Shown here piece by piece: positions 58,890 through 64,000 of a DNA stretch of 64,000 bases. The stretch comes from Flavisolibacter sp. (GTDB lineage Bacteria > Bacteroidota > Bacteroidia > Chitinophagales > Chitinophagaceae). Where the stretch lies: positions 8,270 through 72,269 of the forward strand of contig DATKHJ010000057.1 in assembly GCA_035510335.1 (NCBI GenBank), written 5' to 3'. The notes beneath the pieces were generated by a model. The model was not told where the DNA came from. It ran no database searches and saw nothing but the letters and a program-made list of their open reading frames with translations. The translations under genes were made by a program, and so were the position numbers. Each line of letters opens with the position of its first letter. Position 1 is the stretch's first letter.

Positions 58890-59103
58890 CAGGACAAAGC
58901 TTCGCTGTCCCTCAGTCCCATCTTTTTTGAAACTGAAGGCTAAACCAATGAAATTTATGATTGGGAAACCGAAACGTTTCCCCGAAAAACAGTGATCATC
59001 GAATAATCCGGATTTTCAGATCGGGCCAGCAGGGCAGATCTGGAGAAAACAGCTTCCTTTTGAAGCGGATGTGGGAAAAGGCCGGATTATTCTTTATTAA
59101 TGC
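58890..59103 (-). promoter_or_regulatory. Structured intergenic element upstream of upxY (candidate cis-regulatory RNA)
   Basis: 11-bp closing helix 59082-59092/59001-59011 enclosing sub-hairpins, plus hairpins at 58963-58982 and 58892-58910. Confidence 0.5.
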
Positions 59104-61455
59104 CTAGCTTTTGATGCCAAACGCTTTCTTTACACGGCTGCCAAACAATTTAATACCTCCTGCTTCCTCTTCAACAACGTAATAACCATTGCCGGTAGCA
59201 CCGTAGTTGCCATAACCATAGGCCCCGTAAGAGAAGCCTTTCTTCTTCAAGCCATTGAAAACGATACAAAGATTTTTAAAGCGTTTATTCCTGTTCACAT
59301 CTTCAATCATCTTTAGATACATGCGTTGCGTCTTGTTTTGACGTACAACATAAACAGTGGCATCAGCGTACTCTTTCAACAGGAAGGTATCCGCTACAGG
59401 TCCTACCGGAGCTGTATCGATAATTACATAGTCAAATCTTTCCTTCACTTCTGCCATCAGCTGTTTGAACTTCTCCCGCTGGATTAGTTCAGCAGGGTTT
59501 GGCGGAATAATGCCGGAGGATAGAATAAACAGGTCTTTTATTTCTGTTGGCTTTATAATATCGGTGATCGTAGCCTGGTTAACCAGGTAGTTAGAGATGC
59601 CAAGGTCGTTTTTCACCTGTAGCAGCTTACTTACTTTTGGCTTCCTCAAATCGAGTTCCAACAAAGCCACTTTTTTTCCTATCAGCGTAAACGAAACGGC
59701 CAGGTTAACGGCCATGAAACTTTTTCCTTCGCCAGAAACACTTGATGTAACCAGGATGGTATTTGTTTGTTCACCCAGCCCCATGTAAGTAAGATTCGTA
59801 CGGAGAGCACGGAATTGCTCTGCAATAGCGGTGCGTTTTCCTTCTTTAATTACAATTGGGTCTTCGGAATTTACTTGTGCGATTTCGGCAACAATCGGTA
59901 CCGAAGTTTTGCCTTCAATTTCCTGGCGCATCTGAACCTTGCGGTTCAGCAGGTCTTTTATAAATACAAATGCAGCAGGGATAAGTAAGCCGATAATAAG
60001 CCAGCGTGTGTAAAACGCTTTTGGCACCGGGCTAACCGGACCGTAGGCGCTTGCCCGGTCCAGAACACGCAGGTCAGTAATGGTGGCCGCAGAGTTCAAG
60101 GCCGTTTCTTCCCGCTTTTCTAGCAGGTAGCTGTAGATTGTATTTTTAACCCCTAGCTGCCGGCTAATAGTTTGAAACGCCTTTTCTTTTTGTGGGTTTC
60201 TTCTCAACTGCGAGTTCTTGCTGCCCATGAGGCCACTAAAACTATTGCGTTGAGTAGTTAATGTTGCTTCCAGATTGCGCACATTTTCATTGATCTTCTG
60301 GCGCACACTGGCAACTGATTGTTTCGCAGCAATGACAGCATCGCTCTGTGGACCGTTAGTTGTCTGTAATTCTTCCAGTTTGAATTGTGCGGCCTGCATT
60401 TCTCCTAACAGGCTGCTCAACGTTGGATCACTCACCAAACCCAATGATGGCACAGAGCCGCCGCTACTCAGTGAGCGTTTTACGTTTTGCAAAACAGTTA
60501 ATTGAAGATCAATCTGTGTTTTTTGCTGCTCAAACTGATTGGCTTGTGAAAACAATGTTTGTGCAGAAGCCGTTAAATCAATAGGTGCGACGTCTTCCCT
60601 GAAATCCACAACATTTTGTTCTACGCTATCAAGGTCTAATGCTACAGAGGCTAAACGATCTTCAATGAATTTCAGTGTATTGGCAGCACTTTGATTTTTT
60701 TCAATCAGTGCATAGTCGTTATAAACTTTAAATAAAATTGTCAGGACCGCTTTCCCTTTTTCGGGCACCGGCGTACTTAAACTAACGTCAATAACAGAAG
60801 ACGTGGAAGAAATAGGATTGGCACTAAGAGAACCAGCTAAACTGCCGGCCTCACCTTCTACCGAGTTAAAGACAACAAAGTAGTTTTTACCCTGAACCGT
60901 TTTGTTGTAATCCTGGTTAGGAACAACTTTATAACGGGTGTTGCTAAGAACGAGTTCCTGGTTAAATGGAACCCTTTTGTTGTCTATTTCAATCTCACCT
61001 TTAGTCCAGTCAACACTAAAATAATACTGGCCTCCCCAATTAACCGAATCCCTGTTGACAGGAACAAACTGAACTGGTGAGTTTTCGCCGTATAGCTCTT
61101 CTACCCTCACCCTGCCCTCATTATAAACTGTTGCGGAAAGACTTAACCGACGAACTACTTCCTGCATCAGGCCTGCCGAACGCAATACAAGAATCTCGTT
61201 TTCAACGACTTTCTTTTCCCCAACAATGTTTAGTTCATCCAGCACTTTTGAGTCTGAACCTTTGTTGGGATCTTTCAAAAGTATTTTGGCGTAGGCTACA
61301 AAAATTGGCTGCTCTGCTCTGAGTTTTATATAGGCAACGGCCAGTGCCAATGTTACGGATAGCACAAACAGAGGCCAGTATGGAATAAATTTTTGAAGAA
61401 TCTGGCCGATTTGGTTAAAATCTGATTGCGTTTTTACTGCATGCTGCTCATTCAT
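59104..61455 (-). CDS. wzc: Polysaccharide co-polymerase / tyrosine autokinase
   Basis: Two TM segments, coiled-coil periplasmic region, Walker A SSVSGEGKS, DLRKP, IDTAPV, C-terminal Tyr cluster. Confidence 0.93.
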   Translation of the reverse strand: MNEQHAVKTQSDFNQIGQILQKFIPYWPLFVLSVTLALAVAYIKLRAEQPIFVAYAKILLKDPNKGSDSKVLDELNIVGEKKVVENEILVLRSAGLMQEVVRRLSLSATVYNEGRVRVEELYGENSPVQFVPVNRDSVNWGGQYYFSVDWTKGEIEIDNKRVPFNQELVLSNTRYKVVPNQDYNKTVQGKNYFVVFNSVEGEAGSLAGSLSANPISSTSSVIDVSLSTPVPEKGKAVLTILFKVYNDYALIEKNQSAANTLKFIEDRLASVALDLDSVEQNVVDFREDVAPIDLTASAQTLFSQANQFEQQKTQIDLQLTVLQNVKRSLSSGGSVPSLGLVSDPTLSSLLGEMQAAQFKLEELQTTNGPQSDAVIAAKQSVASVRQKINENVRNLEATLTTQRNSFSGLMGSKNSQLRRNPQKEKAFQTISRQLGVKNTIYSYLLEKREETALNSAATITDLRVLDRASAYGPVSPVPKAFYTRWLIIGLLIPAAFVFIKDLLNRKVQMRQEIEGKTSVPIVAEIAQVNSEDPIVIKEGKRTAIAEQFRALRTNLTYMGLGEQTNTILVTSSVSGEGKSFMAVNLAVSFTLIGKKVALLELDLRKPKVSKLLQVKNDLGISNYLVNQATITDIIKPTEIKDLFILSSGIIPPNPAELIQREKFKQLMAEVKERFDYVIIDTAPVGPVADTFLLKEYADATVYVVRQNKTQRMYLKMIEDVNRNKRFKNLCIVFNGLKKKGFSYGAYGYGNYGATGNGYYVVEEEAGGIKLFGSRVKKAFGIKS

Positions 61456-61466
61456 AACTCACACGT

Positions 61467-62210
61467 TTATCGGTTAATTCGGTCAAATATTAGCAGGAGT
61501 AAAGACACTCCTGAAAGAACGTACCCAATGATTGCCTGTGTATTGCTGCTTTTTTTCTTCTCTGGATCCGACTCTACATAAACAATATCATCTGCCTGCA
61601 AATAATAGAATGGCGAGTTGAAAACCGATCCATCAAGCAGATTTACTCTGTAAAATAACTTCCCCCGCGGCGTATTACGTATCACTAATATATTATCTTT
61701 TCTCGCACTTTCCCTCACATCTCCTTTTGAAGCAATGGCTTCGATAATCGAAATGTGCTCAGTTTCAAGCGGAATAATACCTGGCGCACCAACTTCTCCC
61801 AGAACGACAACCCGGTGGTTTTTAAAACGTACTGAAACGCTGGCTCGTACAAAAATGTCGGGAACCAGCATTTTTGTAATCTTATCTTTTATCTGTGTAA
61901 GAGTAAGATCCAGCACCTTAATATCTCCTAACTTGTAAACCTGGATGTTACCGTTTTTGTCAACAAGATAGCCATCTAGCATCATGTTGTAATTTTTAAC
62001 CTCGTCCGAAGGGCTGACAATGGTGATGGTCAGAACGTCATCGGGCTTTACACGGTGCTCAAAATCTTTTGTAATAAGTGTTTGAATCTCACTATTATAA
62101 GGGATGGTTTGAAAATAGCTCGTATTTTTTTGGGTATTGCAGGAGAAACTGATTAATGCAACCAGGAGGAAGATGCCAAAATAAGGTCTTACGGATAAAT
62201 ATTTTCGCAT
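61467..62210 (-). CDS. wza: Polysaccharide export outer-membrane lipoprotein
   Basis: Lipobox ISFSC, PDDVLTI, VDKNGNI, VLGEVGAPG, YYLQADDIVYV. Confidence 0.9.
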   Translation of the reverse strand: MRKYLSVRPYFGIFLLVALISFSCNTQKNTSYFQTIPYNSEIQTLITKDFEHRVKPDDVLTITIVSPSDEVKNYNMMLDGYLVDKNGNIQVYKLGDIKVLDLTLTQIKDKITKMLVPDIFVRASVSVRFKNHRVVVLGEVGAPGIIPLETEHISIIEAIASKGDVRESARKDNILVIRNTPRGKLFYRVNLLDGSVFNSPFYYLQADDIVYVESDPEKKKSSNTQAIIGYVLSGVSLLLLIFDRINR

Positions 62211-62397
62211 AGGTTAAAGCAGTTTGTTTTGCTCTTTTACTCAAAAACGTTGTAAAATAATAATTTATTTGGCAGAATTCCTAGCCCACCTATTCACATT
62301 ACCCTATTAATGTGGGGATATCTACTTAGGTAAATTGCCAGCCTACCGGGGAAATACCTTTGTTTCCACCTGTGGGTAAGCCCTTAGAAAATTACCA

Positions 62398-63645
62398 TTA
62401 CAGTAGGTACCGAAAATCGAACAGTTTTTTTTGATTAAGTTTTTCCTTGTGTTCTTTAAACAAAGGCCACCCTGTTAGTAAAACCAGTACGTCGGTCTTT
62501 TCATAAACCTCTTCCAGTGAGGAAGCATAGTTGATGGGTAACCCGTAGGCCTCATCAAATGCTTTGTTGGCCATTGGGTCAAAGGCAACAATGTTCTGGT
62601 AACCGTTTTGAAGGAGAAGTTGGATAATGGATAAACTTGGACTCAGCCTTACATCATCGGAGCCTGCTTTGAAGGATAAGCCTAAAATGCCGATCATTTG
62701 GTGAGGAAGCGTGTCTGCAATGACCTTTTTTATAACATGCTCTTTAATTTCCTGATTTACAGCAATGTTTGCCTGGAGAAGTTTGGCGTTATAGCCGTGT
62801 TTGGCGGCAATGTTCTGTAAAGCTGCCGTGTCTTTGGGCAAACAATAGCCGCCATAGCCGCAGCCCGGAAAAACATAGCCGGCCATTGTTGCCGGGTTGC
62901 CTGACCAGCGTTTGTCCTGGTGCAGAACTTTGAAGGCTTCCGGAACATCAATACCACCAATATGATCGGCAATCATTGCCATTTCATTGGAATAGCTGAT
63001 GAGCGTTGATAGAAGCGTATTCGAAAGGTATTTTATATACTCGGCCGTATTGAACGACACAAAATGTACCGGGGCGCCAAATGGCTGGTACAGTTTAGCG
63101 AGGATAGGTCGTACCCGGTCATCTTCTATTCCGACAATAATCCGGTCGGGATTCATAAAATCATCCCATGCATAGCCTTCCCGCAAAAATTCCGGGTTGG
63201 AAGCCAGGGCAATGTTGATCGTATTTTTTGATTTGAACGCCTCAACAAAAGGCTTTACTTGCTTTTGAATGGTGGATGGTGGAACGCTTGATTTTATGAC
63301 AACCGGTTTGAAACTGTTGCCGGCATGACGTAAAACCGATTCCAGCGCAGCCAGAAGAAATCCCAGGTCGGCACTTCCATCCTCTTTTTCGGGGGTGCCG
63401 ACACAAATAAAAATAACCTCGCTTTTGTGAAGGGCTTCCTGCATTGGAGCATCCAGAATGAAGCGTTTGCCTAACTCGTCATTTAACGCCTCTTTTAGTC
63501 CGGGTTCGTGAAAAGGAATGATCCCACGTTTCAGACCCTCCACTTTTTCAGCACTGGTATCAATTCCATAAACAGTATTGCCTTTTTTACTAAAGCCAAG
63601 TGCCGTTGTCAGTCCCACAAACCCAAGCCCCAAAATCGCTATCAT
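62398..63645 (-). CDS. ugd: UDP-glucose 6-dehydrogenase
   Basis: GLGFVG, ICVGTP, SNPEFLREG, GYGGYCLPKD, LGLSFKAGSDDVR. Confidence 0.9.
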   Translation of the reverse strand: MIAILGLGFVGLTTALGFSKKGNTVYGIDTSAEKVEGLKRGIIPFHEPGLKEALNDELGKRFILDAPMQEALHKSEVIFICVGTPEKEDGSADLGFLLAALESVLRHAGNSFKPVVIKSSVPPSTIQKQVKPFVEAFKSKNTINIALASNPEFLREGYAWDDFMNPDRIIVGIEDDRVRPILAKLYQPFGAPVHFVSFNTAEYIKYLSNTLLSTLISYSNEMAMIADHIGGIDVPEAFKVLHQDKRWSGNPATMAGYVFPGCGYGGYCLPKDTAALQNIAAKHGYNAKLLQANIAVNQEIKEHVIKKVIADTLPHQMIGILGLSFKAGSDDVRLSPSLSIIQLLLQNGYQNIVAFDPMANKAFDEAYGLPINYASSLEEVYEKTDVLVLLTGWPLFKEHKEKLNQKKLFDFRYLL

Positions 63646-63647
63646 AG

Positions 63648-64000
63648 TTACTGGTGATTATAATGCAGGAATCGTAAATAAGAAGCTATTCCTTCCTCTA
63701 CAGTGATTGTAGGATGGAAGTTCAAAATTGTTCTTGCTTTGTCAATATTCGGACAGCGCCTAGCAGGATTGTCAGTTAAATATTCTGTGTCCGGTGGCGC
63801 TTGCCTCTGGAGCTTGCCTTTATAATCCAGCACTTCTGCCGCTACCCTGCTGAAAATTTCAGCAAATTCAGTAACAGAGATCTCTGGTTTATCCATTCCA
63901 ATATTAAAAACATCAAATTTGCCATGAACCAATGCTTTTAAATAACCAACAATGGCGTCCGCAACATAACAAAAGGTGCGGGTTGGTGTGCCATCGGAAA
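63648..64000 (-). CDS. UDP-glucuronate decarboxylase-like SDR (UDP-xylose synthase), 5' end outside window
   Basis: Frame open to the edge: SDGTPTRTFCYVADAIVG...FNIG...DNPARRCPNIDKA; adjacent to ugd. Confidence 0.7.
   Translation of the reverse strand, partial: SDGTPTRTFCYVADAIVGYLKALVHGKFDVFNIGMDKPEISVTEFAEIFSRVAAEVLDYKGKLQRQAPPDTEYLTDNPARRCPNIDKARTILNFHPTITVEEGIASYLRFLHYNHQ

Noticed and set aside
59001-59092. Invertible promoter flanked by 11-bp inverted repeats upstream of upxY
   Set aside because: No TAnnTTTG box in either orientation between the repeats, the repeats are short, and no recombinase is in the window; RNA structure fits better
437-62972. Numerous short plus-strand and nested ORFs in the ORF track
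   Set aside because: They are antisense or out-of-frame shadows of well-supported minus-strand genes and have no recognisable motifs
1-64000. CRISPR arrays, IS elements, prophage or defence genes
   Set aside because: No spaced direct repeats, transposase, integrase, phage or nuclease ORFs recognised

Overview
Bacteroidota DNA (TAnnTTTG promoter boxes, UpxY, a T9SS cargo protein; probably Chitinophagaceae-like, which is inference). Almost the whole window is one minus-strand surface-glycan locus of over 60 kb that continues past the right edge. In transcription order it carries uxs-like (partial), ugd, wza, wzc, upxY and asnB, then about 26 glycosyltransferase or GT-like genes, a split wzm/wzt ABC exporter, a Wzy-like membrane protein, CDP-sugar and Wbp-type amino-sugar genes, and many tailoring enzymes (3 FkbM methyltransferases, 2 WbuX-like amidotransferases plus HisH/HisF, FkbH-ACP-acyltransferase, PIG-L deacetylase plus ATP-grasp ligase, O-acyltransferase, carbamoyltransferase). 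A GT2 gene, tRNA-Pro(GGG) and trmH follow at the left end. The most interesting signal is that the operon also encodes an exosortase (XrtY-like, probably ATA start) and a Cys-rich T9SS cargo protein. These sit with a WbpB/D/E + deacetylase + ATP-grasp set that could make an aminoacylated linker sugar, suggesting a candidate protein-to-glycan anchoring system. Also notable are a multi-helix structured element before upxY, a perfect 22-bp palindrome inside the operon, and tandem GT2 genes with near-identical 5' halves. All functional calls come from motif recognition by eye; no searches were run.
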